DNA of 45,492 nucleotides from an uncultured Lachnospiraceae bacterium. Lineage in GTDB: Bacteria > Bacillota > Clostridia > Lachnospirales > Lachnospiraceae. The position numbers and the translations under genes are program-made. The stretch's first letter is position 1; every line of letters begins with the position of its first letter. Shown here in pieces: positions 16,041 to 24,814 of the stretch. Below the pieces are notes generated by a model that saw nothing but the letters and a program-made list of their open reading frames with translations, searched no databases and was not told where the DNA came from. The stretch spans positions 1 through 45,492 of the forward strand of contig CAJJNI010000001.1 in NCBI GenBank assembly GCA_905193085.1, in the 5' to 3' direction.

Positions 16041-16967
16041 TTAGAGTGCTGCAAGGGCGAGTAATTCTTCCCACTGTGCATCTACATCTGCCTGAATAAT
16101 TTTGATTGCTTCTTCGTTTTTAAGAATATGTTTAAATCTTCCCTGGGCTTCAATCCAATCTGTTATCGGTCGTTTTTCTTTTGGCATGTATGTAATCTTG
16201 TATTTTCCATTTTCGATTTCATACAATGGCCAGAAGCATGTCTCAACAGCAATTTTACATAAATCCATCATCTTAGGTGTGTCATATCTCCAGCCACGAG
16301 GACAAGGAGAAAGTACATTTAAGAAGCAAGGACCTTCTGTGTAGATTGCTTTTTCAGATTTCTCATATAAATCCTTAAAGTTACCAAAAGGTGCTGACTG
16401 TGCAATATATGGAAGGTTGTGGGCTGCCATTACTTTAGTAAGCTCTTTTCTTCCCTGTTGTTTACCGTTTACAACTTTACCTGCCGGAGAAGTTGTTGTG
16501 TCAGCATATCTTGGTGTTGCAGAGGAACGCTGGATACCTGTATTCATGTAAGCTCCGTTATCGTAGCAGACATAAACCATGTCATGTCCTCTTTCCATTG
16601 CGCCTGATAATGACTGAAGACCGATATCATATGTACCGCCATCGCCACCAAAAGCTATGAATTTATATGTGTCAGTTATTTTACCTGTTTTCTTTAAGTT
16701 ACGATAAGCTGCTTCAATTCCGGCAGCATTTGCACCTGCATTTTCGAATGCTGCATGATAGAAAGAATCTTCCCATGCTGTATATGGATATGTGAAAGTT
16801 GATACTTCAAGACAGCCTGTAGCAGATGTGATAACTGCTTTGTCTTCTTCTTTCAATGCTCTAAGTACCGTACGTACAACAACAGGAGCTGCACAGCCGG
16901 CACACATTCTATGACCACCTGTTAATCGTTCAGGTTTGTTTGATACTTCTTTTAAATTATATGCCAT
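16041..16967 (-). CDS. porB: 2-oxoacid (pyruvate/ketoisovalerate):ferredoxin oxidoreductase, beta subunit (TPP-binding)
   Basis: GCAAPVVVR and GGDGGTYDIGLQSLSGAMERGHDMVYVCYDNGAYMNTG (TPP motif). Operon context. Confidence 0.88.
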   Translation of the reverse strand: MAYNLKEVSNKPERLTGGHRMCAGCAAPVVVRTVLRALKEEDKAVITSATGCLEVSTFTYPYTAWEDSFYHAAFENAGANAAGIEAAYRNLKKTGKITDTYKFIAFGGDGGTYDIGLQSLSGAMERGHDMVYVCYDNGAYMNTGIQRSSATPRYADTTTSPAGKVVNGKQQGRKELTKVMAAHNLPYIAQSAPFGNFKDLYEKSEKAIYTEGPCFLNVLSPCPRGWRYDTPKMMDLCKIAVETCFWPLYEIENGKYKITYMPKEKRPITDWIEAQGRFKHILKNEEAIKIIQADVDAQWEELLALAAL

Positions 16968-16980
16968 TTTTTGCTACCTC

Positions 16981-18159
16981 CTATTCTTCTGCTAATCCGA
17001 GATAACGGTAAACATTATCTGTTTTGCCAGCAGCAGCAATTTCAGCTAAATCATTGTATACAGATTCAAGGTCAGTTGTCTTAACATCACGACCCCCAAG
17101 ACCATAAATGTAATTTACTGCAACCGGTCTCTTTTCCAAATCATAAAGAGCACTGCGTACTTCGAGGAATAAAGGTGCACCTGCATCATTTAAGCTGTGA
17201 GCTTTATCCATGACAGCAACAGCAGTTACATTTTTTAATGCCTCTGCAATTTCTTCTTTCGGAAATGGACGGAAAGCACGAATCTTTAAAAGACCTGCTT
17301 TGACACCTTTTTCTCTTAACTGGTCAACAACATATTTTGCTGTACCGGCAGAAGAACCAATGATAACCATAGCAATTTCGGCATCGTCTAACTTGTAACT
17401 TTCAAATAAATCATAATGTCTTCCTGTGAGTTTTTCATACTCGGCAGAGTATTTGAGAAGTGCAGCTTTTGCATTTTTCATTGCTTCAGCCTGAAGACGT
17501 TTAGTTTCAAAATGATATGTGTGGTGTGCAAATGGACCGTATGCAACAGGACTCTTTAAAAGAGCATGCTCCGGATTGTATTCGCCTACAAATTTCTTAA
17601 CAACATCATCTTCCAGTAATTCAATGTTTTCTACAGAATGAGAAGTGATGAAACCATCATAACAGTTCATGAATGGAAGTTTAACAGATGGATCTTCGGC
17701 AACTTTAGTACCAATGATAAAGTTGTCATAAGCTTCCTGATTGTTTTCGCTGTATACCTGAATCCAGCCTGCGTCTCTAAGACCCATTGAATCAGAGTGG
17801 TCACAGTGGATATTAAGAGGTCCTGAAACGGTTCTGTTTACACAGCTCATAATAATTGGAAGTCTGCTTGAAGCAGCAATATAAAGCATTTCATACATGT
17901 ACTGAAGACCGTTTGAAGATGTAGCTGTCATAACACGGGCTCCAGCGGCTGATGCAGCTACTGATGCAGACATTGCTGAATGTTCAGATTCAACAGGAAT
18001 AAATTCTGTGTCAACTAATCCATCATTTACAAAACTTGCAAAATACTGTGGCACTTCTGTTGAAGGTGTAATCGGGAATGCTGCCACAACACCCGGATTA
18101 ATCTGGCGCATTGCTATAGCAACGGCCTCATTTCCTGATAATTTATCGCGTTTACCCAT
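16981..18159 (-). CDS. porA: 2-oxoacid:ferredoxin oxidoreductase, alpha subunit
   Basis: N-terminal LSGNEAVAIAMRQINPGVVAAFPITPSTEV and ESEHSAMSA are typical of PorA/VorB. Operon context. Confidence 0.88.
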   Translation of the reverse strand: MGKRDKLSGNEAVAIAMRQINPGVVAAFPITPSTEVPQYFASFVNDGLVDTEFIPVESEHSAMSASVAASAAGARVMTATSSNGLQYMYEMLYIAASSRLPIIMSCVNRTVSGPLNIHCDHSDSMGLRDAGWIQVYSENNQEAYDNFIIGTKVAEDPSVKLPFMNCYDGFITSHSVENIELLEDDVVKKFVGEYNPEHALLKSPVAYGPFAHHTYHFETKRLQAEAMKNAKAALLKYSAEYEKLTGRHYDLFESYKLDDAEIAMVIIGSSAGTAKYVVDQLREKGVKAGLLKIRAFRPFPKEEIAEALKNVTAVAVMDKAHSLNDAGAPLFLEVRSALYDLEKRPVAVNYIYGLGGRDVKTTDLESVYNDLAEIAAAGKTDNVYRYLGLAEE

Positions 18160-18476
18160 TATTCTGCCTGACCTCCTTCTACATATTCAAGAGCACCGAA
18201 TGGACATACATTACAACAAATTCCGCAGCCCTTACAGTGGTCATAGTCAATTCCTGCCATTTTGCCATCTTTTAAAATGATTGAAGAATCAGGACAGACA
18301 GGGAAACATAATCTACAGTCTTTACATTTCTCAGCATCAAATACAGGACGGTTTGCTCTCCAGCCGCCTGTTATGTAATATTTGGCATTACCGCCTGTTG
18401 GAATAATTCCGCCAGGAGTTGTCTGTTGCCACGGTGTTAATGGATCAACTATCCATTTTTCTTTATCTACTGCCAT
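18159..18476 (-). CDS. porD: 2-oxoacid:ferredoxin oxidoreductase, delta subunit (2x[4Fe-4S] ferredoxin)
   Basis: Two cluster motifs, CKDCRLCFPVCP and CKGCGICCNVCP. 105 aa. Confidence 0.88.
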   Translation of the reverse strand: MAVDKEKWIVDPLTPWQQTTPGGIIPTGGNAKYYITGGWRANRPVFDAEKCKDCRLCFPVCPDSSIILKDGKMAGIDYDHCKGCGICCNVCPFGALEYVEGGQAE

Positions 18477-19051
18477 TAGCCCTTAACCTCCTTTAAGGCA
18501 AGTTTAACAGCTTCCATATTAGGAGCGATTACTGCCGGTTTTGTCTTGAATTTGTGGTTGAAAGATTTTTCCATTGAAGTAATGAAAACATCTTCGTCCA
18601 TTATATTTGCAACTTTTACAACTGCAGCAAGCATAGGAGTATTTGGGAAATATCTTCCTAATGTTTTCATGGAAATATCTCTTGCATCAATTGTATAGAT
18701 TTTTCCTTTGTAATGTGAGAGTTTTTCTTTGAAAGCCTCAGGACTTTTATCAGAATTGATAATAATGGCACCTGTATCTTTAGCACCTGCGGCTACATCA
18801 ACAACATCAATTAATGTTTCGTCAACTATAACGACGAAATCCGGGTCATAAATGTTGGAATGAACAGTGATTGGTGTGTCACTGATACGGTTGTATGCGG
18901 TAATTGGCGCACCCATACGCTCAGGACCATATTCAGGGAATCCCTGAACATATTTTCCAGTGTCAAATGCAGCTTCAGCTAATAATAAAGAAGCAGTTTT
19001 GGCACCCTGACCTCCGCGGCCATGCCAGCGGATTTCTAACATGTTACTCAT
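18476..19051 (-). CDS. porG: 2-oxoacid:ferredoxin oxidoreductase, gamma subunit
   Basis: RWHGRGGQGAKTASLLLAEAA near the N-terminus. 191 aa, first gene of the operon. Confidence 0.88.
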   Translation of the reverse strand: MSNMLEIRWHGRGGQGAKTASLLLAEAAFDTGKYVQGFPEYGPERMGAPITAYNRISDTPITVHSNIYDPDFVVIVDETLIDVVDVAAGAKDTGAIIINSDKSPEAFKEKLSHYKGKIYTIDARDISMKTLGRYFPNTPMLAAVVKVANIMDEDVFITSMEKSFNHKFKTKPAVIAPNMEAVKLALKEVKG

Positions 19052-19096
19052 CGGTTTTGTCCTCCTTTATTGATAAAAATTACCATATTACATTTA

Positions 19097-19125
19097 ATTT
19101 TAGCATTGTTGAAAAAAATCGTCAA
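19097..19125 (-). promoter_or_regulatory. Sigma-A-type promoter for the por operon
   Basis: On the minus strand: TTGACG, 17-nt spacer, TAAAAT. It overlaps the stop codon of the upstream MCP gene. Confidence 0.55.
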
Positions 19126-20846
19126 TAGTGGAAATGTTTTATGCTTGCTTCAAGGTCGTTAGCAATATTTTTTAATCCTTTCGTACTATCTGTTACCTGA
19201 GTGAAGTTATCAGTTACAGTTGAGGCTGTTGCGCATACTTCTTCTGTGGTTGCAACATTATCACTCGCAATGTTGAGCAGCTTTTCTACTGTCTGTACGA
19301 TTTCATTGCGTGAGGAATCAAGATATCGGATGCTGTTTTCAATTGAATTCATGCTTTGCATTGACTGGTTTAGTTTTTCAACAACTTCCGCGGTCATGTC
19401 CTGTGTCTGTTTCATATTAAGTGTCTGTGACTGCATTGTCTGGGTTACTTTAGATATTGTTTTGACTGAGGCATCGGAATCCTGTGTAAGCTGAAGTATA
19501 ATGCCATTTATTCTTTCACTTGAATCGCTTGACTGTGCGGCAAGTTTTTGAATCTGTTCAGCAACTACTGCGAAACCTTTGCCGCTTTCTCCGGCGCGTG
19601 CTGCTTCGATGCTTGCATTAAGGCTTAGAAGGCTTGTTTCATCAGCAATTGATGAAATGATTTCAGTTACTGCTTTGATTTTTTGAACAGAGTCATTAGT
19701 TTTAAGAGTCTGATGTGATATTTCATTAATCAATGTTTGAACATCATTATTAGATTTAAGAAGCTTTTCTATAGTCTCAACTGTAAGCTTTTCAGAGTCA
19801 TGCATTGCAGTTGTATTTTGTTTCATTTCCTGCATTTCTAATGTTGTCTGCTGAATTTTGTTTCCCATTTCCTGGATATTCTGTGCTGCAGCATTAGAAA
19901 TGTCTGCCTGAATATTAGCACTGTCTGAAATGGAGTGAACTGCATCGGACATATCCTGTAATGATGCGGTTGTAGTAGTGGCAGTATCTTCAAGTGTTGC
20001 AGAGGATTCAAGTACATATGCTGCATTTTGGGCAATGTTTTCGATACTGTGATTCATTTCTGTTTGAAGTGTTGCTATTGCATTAGATAAATCACCAAGT
20101 TCATCTTTTCGGCGCAGAAGTGAGCCATCTATTGATGTTTTTAAATCTCCTGTTGCAGTCTGCTGAACTGAAGAAATACTCTTTTTAAGAGAGCGGGTAA
20201 TTGACATTGAAAAAATAAATGCTACAACTATAGAAATAAGCATTGTGACTATAATTACTATACTTATAGTATTTGCAATCCGGTTTATTGTTGTATCATT
20301 TCTGGCCTTGTCTGAACCTACAAAAATCATGCCTATAGGTGATGAAGAGGAGTCAGATGTTACAGGTACATAATAGCCATAGTAAAGAGTTCCATCAATT
20401 GAGACTGAATCGCTGAAATATTCTTCGCCCGATTCGAGAACCGTTTTTTTGATGTTATCTCCGGCAGGAGAACCTAAGATTCGGTTACCGTTTTCATCTT
20501 TTGCAGAGGTCATTATTCTGGTGTCATTATAGAAGAAAGTAACTTCCATTCCGGTTTTTTCTTTGATGCTGTCAACAATTGATTCAGATTTTGAAATATT
20601 GTAGCTTCCTTTCCATATGTCCCCATTTTCAGCCTGAATATAATCACCTGAGTTCTGGTCGTATGCAGCAAATGTTGCTGTCGCAGCACCCTTTAGGGAT
20701 TGTTCAACTTCTGATATAAGGGATTGCTTAACTATAGTGTTAGTCAGTATAAGGGTTATTACAGCGAGAAGAAAAATAGGTGTTGTTGTTAATATGAATA
20801 ATTTGGTTTTAAAATTAAGTTTTAATTTGAATTTTTTATTTTTCAT
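19122..20846 (-). CDS. Methyl-accepting chemotaxis protein with an extracytoplasmic Cache-like sensor of about 160 aa, plus HAMP
   Basis: Highly conserved signalling hairpin [37 protein letters not shown]. Two TM segments flank the sensor domain. RBS AGGGGAGG. Confidence 0.92.
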   Translation of the reverse strand: MKNKKFKLKLNFKTKLFILTTTPIFLLAVITLILTNTIVKQSLISEVEQSLKGAATATFAAYDQNSGDYIQAENGDIWKGSYNISKSESIVDSIKEKTGMEVTFFYNDTRIMTSAKDENGNRILGSPAGDNIKKTVLESGEEYFSDSVSIDGTLYYGYYVPVTSDSSSSPIGMIFVGSDKARNDTTINRIANTISIVIIVTMLISIVVAFIFSMSITRSLKKSISSVQQTATGDLKTSIDGSLLRRKDELGDLSNAIATLQTEMNHSIENIAQNAAYVLESSATLEDTATTTTASLQDMSDAVHSISDSANIQADISNAAAQNIQEMGNKIQQTTLEMQEMKQNTTAMHDSEKLTVETIEKLLKSNNDVQTLINEISHQTLKTNDSVQKIKAVTEIISSIADETSLLSLNASIEAARAGESGKGFAVVAEQIQKLAAQSSDSSERINGIILQLTQDSDASVKTISKVTQTMQSQTLNMKQTQDMTAEVVEKLNQSMQSMNSIENSIRYLDSSRNEIVQTVEKLLNIASDNVATTEEVCATASTVTDNFTQVTDSTKGLKNIANDLEASIKHFHY

Positions 20847-20861
20847 AGTATACCTCCCCTT

Positions 20862-22043
20862 TTATTCTACAACTTTAACATTTTTGTAATACCAGTTGAT
20901 GCCGCCTGTTATAGTTTCATCATCTAGAGTGCTGCCGGCTTTACCAACTGTTTCGCCTGTATTGGTTGTTATTTCACCATCAAAAACATTAAAATCACCT
21001 GATAAAATCCGGGCTTTGGCATCATCGACTGCTTCCTGTGTCCCCTTTGTACAAAAATCAGCAAGTGAAGTAATGCCAACTAATCCTTCAGACATTCCAC
21101 CATAGTAATTTTCGCCTGTCCATGTTCCATCTATAAGACTTTGAACTGTGTATGTATAGTAGGCACTCCAATTCCAGATTACACTGCAAAGACATGAGTC
21201 AGGAGTTTCTTTCTGCATGTCAGAGTTGTAACCGATACCGTATACACCGGCTTTCTGGGCCAGGGTCTGTGGATATGGTGTATCGCAGTGCTGTGCCATG
21301 ACATCACAGCCCATATCAAGAAGTGTCTGTGCGGCAGCTGCTTCACCGTCCGGGTCATACCAGCTGTTTGTAACTTTAACATATACAACAGCATCAGGAT
21401 TAACTGAGGCGATTCCCATTGCAAATGCATCTATGCCTCCGGTAACTTCTGAATTTGATGAATCCTGTGCTGCCACATAGCCAATTTTATTTGTTTTTGT
21501 ATTAAGTCCGGCAACAATACCGCTCAAATATCTTGCCTGGTAAATTCTGCCAAAGTAGTTTGTGAAATTTTTACCATTGCTTTTGTAGCCTGTTCCATGA
21601 CAGAAATAAATGTCAGGGTACTTTTCGGCAAATTCTTCTGTAGCGTCCATGTATCCCCAGCTTGTTGTAAATATGATATTACAACCTTCATCGATGCAGT
21701 CCTGAATTGCTTTGTCGGTGTCTTCTTTGCTTGAATCATCAACATTGACCTTTCGTATTATCTGACTGTCAGATAAGCCTAAATTTTCCTGCATTCCCTG
21801 TATGCCCAAATCGTGAGTGTAGGAATACCCGCTCCCTTCAGCGGGGTCGGACAGATGAATAACGCCGATTTTAATATCTTCCTTGGCAATTTTTTTCGAA
21901 GTAGCTTCGGTTGATGCAGAAGAATTCCGGTTTTCATATCCGACATTGGTTGCGTAGTCGTCGAGTTCTGATTTTTTACCGCAGGCTGTTAATTGCAACA
22001 GCATTAGTATCGTTAAAATCATACATAAAAGTTTTTTCCTCAT
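20862..22043 (-). CDS. BMP-family (PnrA/Med-like) substrate-binding lipoprotein
   Basis: Lipobox LLQLTAC. Periplasmic-binding-protein-like sequence with IGYVAAQDSSNSEVTGGIDAFAMG and NSWYDP. Ends 15 nt before the MCP start. Confidence 0.7.
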   Translation of the reverse strand: MRKKLLCMILTILMLLQLTACGKKSELDDYATNVGYENRNSSASTEATSKKIAKEDIKIGVIHLSDPAEGSGYSYTHDLGIQGMQENLGLSDSQIIRKVNVDDSSKEDTDKAIQDCIDEGCNIIFTTSWGYMDATEEFAEKYPDIYFCHGTGYKSNGKNFTNYFGRIYQARYLSGIVAGLNTKTNKIGYVAAQDSSNSEVTGGIDAFAMGIASVNPDAVVYVKVTNSWYDPDGEAAAAQTLLDMGCDVMAQHCDTPYPQTLAQKAGVYGIGYNSDMQKETPDSCLCSVIWNWSAYYTYTVQSLIDGTWTGENYYGGMSEGLVGITSLADFCTKGTQEAVDDAKARILSGDFNVFDGEITTNTGETVGKAGSTLDDETITGGINWYYKNVKVVE

Positions 22044-22097
22044 AAAATGTCGCTCCTTCTCTTTTAATAAAATATTTATAAAGAATATTATGAAAAT

Positions 22098-22126
22098 ATT
22101 ATATCAAAATTAAGGGGACATGTCTA
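22098..22126 (-). promoter_or_regulatory. Sigma-A-type promoter for the BMP-MCP unit
   Basis: On the minus strand: TAGACA, 17-nt spacer, TATAAT. Short leader with no room for a riboswitch. Confidence 0.5.
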
Positions 22127-22170
22127 TGTGATTTTGCCTGTTTTGATGTTGAGAAAATACATGTTATTTA

Positions 22171-22198
22171 TTGACACCGGCTGTCAATCCATTATACT
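22171..22198 (+). promoter_or_regulatory. Sigma-A-type promoter for the K+ channel gene
   Basis: TTGACA, 16-nt spacer, TATACT. The -35 lies within the inverted repeat TGACA-N5-TGTCA. Confidence 0.5.
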
Positions 22199-22278
22199 TA
22201 AAATATGTGGTTAAATTTATGGCAGGGATAGATTCTGTATTTCCTGTTAAATTTAGCAGATGATGGGAGAATGTGTTT

Positions 22279-22701
22279 ATGAAAAAAATGAGAATATTAT
22301 GGCAGGTTATTAAACAGACAAGGTCTGATGAAATAATATTGTCATATTTAATGTTTGTTTTTATTGATGCCCTTGTTATTTTTCTTGTCGACCCGGCTAT
22401 TAAATCTTATGGCAATGCCCTGTGGTATTGTTGTGTGGTTATTTTTACTGTAGGTTTTGGAGATTTAGTGGCTACGGTTCTTTTATCAAAAATTGCAACT
22501 ATCGTACTCATGATATATTCTGTACTGGTACTGGCAATTGTAACGGGTGTGATAGTAAATTTTTACAGTCAGCTTATCCGTATAAGGCAGGAAGATACAA
22601 TGGAAGCATTTGTTTATAAATTAGAGAATTTACCGGATTTGTCCAAAGAGGAATTAAAAGAGTTATCTCTAAGCGTAAAACGCTTAAGAAAAAATAAATA
22701 G
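22279..22701 (+). CDS. Small two-TM potassium channel family protein
   Basis: Selectivity filter FTVGFGD between two TM helices. ATG at 22279 lies 8 nt after GGGAGA. Confidence 0.8.
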   Translation: MKKMRILWQVIKQTRSDEIILSYLMFVFIDALVIFLVDPAIKSYGNALWYCCVVIFTVGFGDLVATVLLSKIATIVLMIYSVLVLAIVTGVIVNFYSQLIRIRQEDTMEAFVYKLENLPDLSKEELKELSLSVKRLRKNK

Positions 22702-22784
22702 GAGGTGCACAATAATTAAAAAGGTAAAGGAAAAACAAAAAGAATGAAGAGGCAGGCAAGCGAAAAAGAAGAGGAGGCAAAAAA

Positions 22785-24734
22785 ATGAATTTAAAAAAGA
22801 GTAAAGAGAAAGTTATGAAAAGTTCTATATTTAACAAGATGATTGTAAGTGTATTCATTATGGTAACGGCTTTTGTAATGAGTACATCAGCATTTGGTGC
22901 AGAAGAAAAAGAGGCAATAGTCCTTTTTACAAATGATGTGCACTGTGCAATTGAAGGTTATTCAAAATTAGCGGCTTATAAGGCACAATTAGAGGAATCT
23001 GGAAATGATGTTGTTGTGGTAGATGCAGGAGATGCCATTCAGGGTGAAGCTATTGGCACTCAGACACAGGGAAAGGCCATAATTGATTTGATGAATGAAG
23101 TTGGTTATAAATATGCAGTTCCGGGAAATCATGAATTTGATTACGGAATGGATACATTTCTGGAACTCGCATCTTCTGAAAACAGTAAGTTTGAGTATTT
23201 AAGCTCTACATTTGTCGATTTGCGCACAAATGAAACAGTGTTTAAACCATACGATATAACTGAAATTAATGGTATGAAGGTGGCATTTGTCGGCATATCA
23301 ACACCGGAAAGTTATACAAAGTCAACACCTGTTTATTTCCAGGACGAAAATGGAAATGATATATATAATTTTTCACAGAACGATTTTTACGGAGCAATTC
23401 AAAAGGCTGTTGATGCGGCAAGAGCAGAAGGTGCCGATAAAGTTATAGCAGTGGGGCATCTTGGAGTCAGCGGAACAACTGACAGTTGGAAGTCTACTGA
23501 TGTAATTGCAAATACAACAGGAATAGATGTGTTTATTGATGCACATTCACATGAAGTCATTGAAGCAACAACAGTTGATAATAAAAATGGTGAAAAAGTG
23601 CCATTATCTTCTACAGGTACAAAATTCCAATATATCGGACAGTTGGAATTAAAGTCTGATGGAGAAGAGGTAATTAATTTGATTTCTCCGGATACAATTG
23701 ATATCAACAGTTCAGATGCAGTGAAAACTGCATACAGCAGAGTTCAGAAAAAAGTGGATGATTACAATGCACAGATACAGTATTTATATGAAAAAATCGG
23801 TACAGCAGAAGTTGAGCTTACATTAAATGACCCTGATAGTGGTGAATGGGTAATTCGTACACAGGAAACAAATGTTGGTGATTTTGTTTCAGATGCCTAT
23901 CGTATAATGACAGGAGCTGATATTTCACTTGCAAATGCCGGAGGAATACGTGCTTCTGTAGATAAGGGTGATGTAACAAGAAAGACATTTATAGATATCA
24001 ATCCGTGGAATAACCCTATGTGTGTGGTTTCAGCTACAGGACAGGATATTCTGGATGCTTTAGAGTTTGGTGCAAGAAATCTTCCTGAAACATGTGGTGG
24101 CTTTTTACATACTTCAGGTTTAACTTACGAAATACATACTTATATAGACAGCCCGGTTATTTTAGATGAACAGGGCAGTTTTAAAGAAATTGACAAATCA
24201 AAACAACGAAGAGTCGCTAATGTAAAAATAAACGGAGAGGCAATTGACCCTGAAAAGAAATATACAGTTGCATCAACATTTTATTTGTTAAAACAGGGCG
24301 GTGACGGATTTACAATGTTTGCAGATTCAGAGATTGTAAAACAGGAAGGACTTTCAACAGATTCTGATATGTTAATTCAGTATTTTACAGAAAAATTAAA
24401 CAGTGTTATTTCAACTGAAAAATACGGAAATCTCAGAGGCGAAGGAAGAATAGTAATTTATAAGAATAAAGCAGATGTTCCTGTTAAATCAGAAGATGGT
24501 AAAGGGGAATTAAAGGAAAATAAGGAAGATACAGCTAGAATAGAAAATACAGCTAAAACGGAAGATTCTGTTAAAAAAGAAAATAAAAATATAAAAACAA
24601 ATGAATCAAAAGTATCAGAAGCAAAAGCACCTGATACTAAAGATGCAGACAATGTTGCGCTGTGGATATTAATTGCAGCTGTCAGTGTCAGCATTGCCGG
24701 TTATAGTTTGAAGAGCTCAAGGCATTTAAATTAA
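22785..24734 (+). CDS. Secreted bifunctional metallophosphatase/5'-nucleotidase with C-terminal membrane anchor
   Basis: LFTNDVHC, DAGDAIQG and GNHEFDYG metallophosphatase motifs, then a 5'-nucleotidase C-domain. Signal peptide, a Lys/Glu-rich tail, a terminal TM helix and KSSRHLN. No LPXTG seen. Confidence 0.85.
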   Translation: MNLKKSKEKVMKSSIFNKMIVSVFIMVTAFVMSTSAFGAEEKEAIVLFTNDVHCAIEGYSKLAAYKAQLEESGNDVVVVDAGDAIQGEAIGTQTQGKAIIDLMNEVGYKYAVPGNHEFDYGMDTFLELASSENSKFEYLSSTFVDLRTNETVFKPYDITEINGMKVAFVGISTPESYTKSTPVYFQDENGNDIYNFSQNDFYGAIQKAVDAARAEGADKVIAVGHLGVSGTTDSWKSTDVIANTTGIDVFIDAHSHEVIEATTVDNKNGEKVPLSSTGTKFQYIGQLELKSDGEEVINLISPDTIDINSSDAVKTAYSRVQKKVDDYNAQIQYLYEKIGTAEVELTLNDPDSGEWVIRTQETNVGDFVSDAYRIMTGADISLANAGGIRASVDKGDVTRKTFIDINPWNNPMCVVSATGQDILDALEFGARNLPETCGGFLHTSGLTYEIHTYIDSPVILDEQGSFKEIDKSKQRRVANVKINGEAIDPEKKYTVASTFYLLKQGGDGFTMFADSEIVKQEGLSTDSDMLIQYFTEKLNSVISTEKYGNLRGEGRIVIYKNKADVPVKSEDGKGELKENKEDTARIENTAKTEDSVKKENKNIKTNESKVSEAKAPDTKDADNVALWILIAAVSVSIAGYSLKSSRHLN

Positions 24735-24735
24735 A

Positions 24736-24764
24736 CTTTACATTCAGATTAATAAATGATAAAA
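24736..24764 (+). promoter_or_regulatory. Sigma-A-type promoter for nifJ
   Basis: TTTACA, 17-nt spacer, TAAAAT, about 50 nt upstream of the ATG at 24815. Confidence 0.55.
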
Positions 24765-24814
24765 TGTATCATAGATATGGGGTCGTACCCACATTCAAAA
24801 AGGAGGAAACATTA

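Noticed and set aside
22744-22788. 14-codon upstream ORF (MKRQASEKEEEAKK) whose TGA overlaps the 5'-nucleotidase ATG
   Set aside because: It has no RBS of its own, it is purine-rich because it contains the downstream gene's RBS, and its length is compatible with chance.
24650-24734. Sortase (LPXTG) anchoring signal at the 5'-nucleotidase C-terminus
   Set aside because: A hydrophobic helix plus a basic tail is present, but no LPXTG, SPKTG or NPQTN-like pentapeptide precedes it. It is treated as a simple C-terminal membrane anchor.
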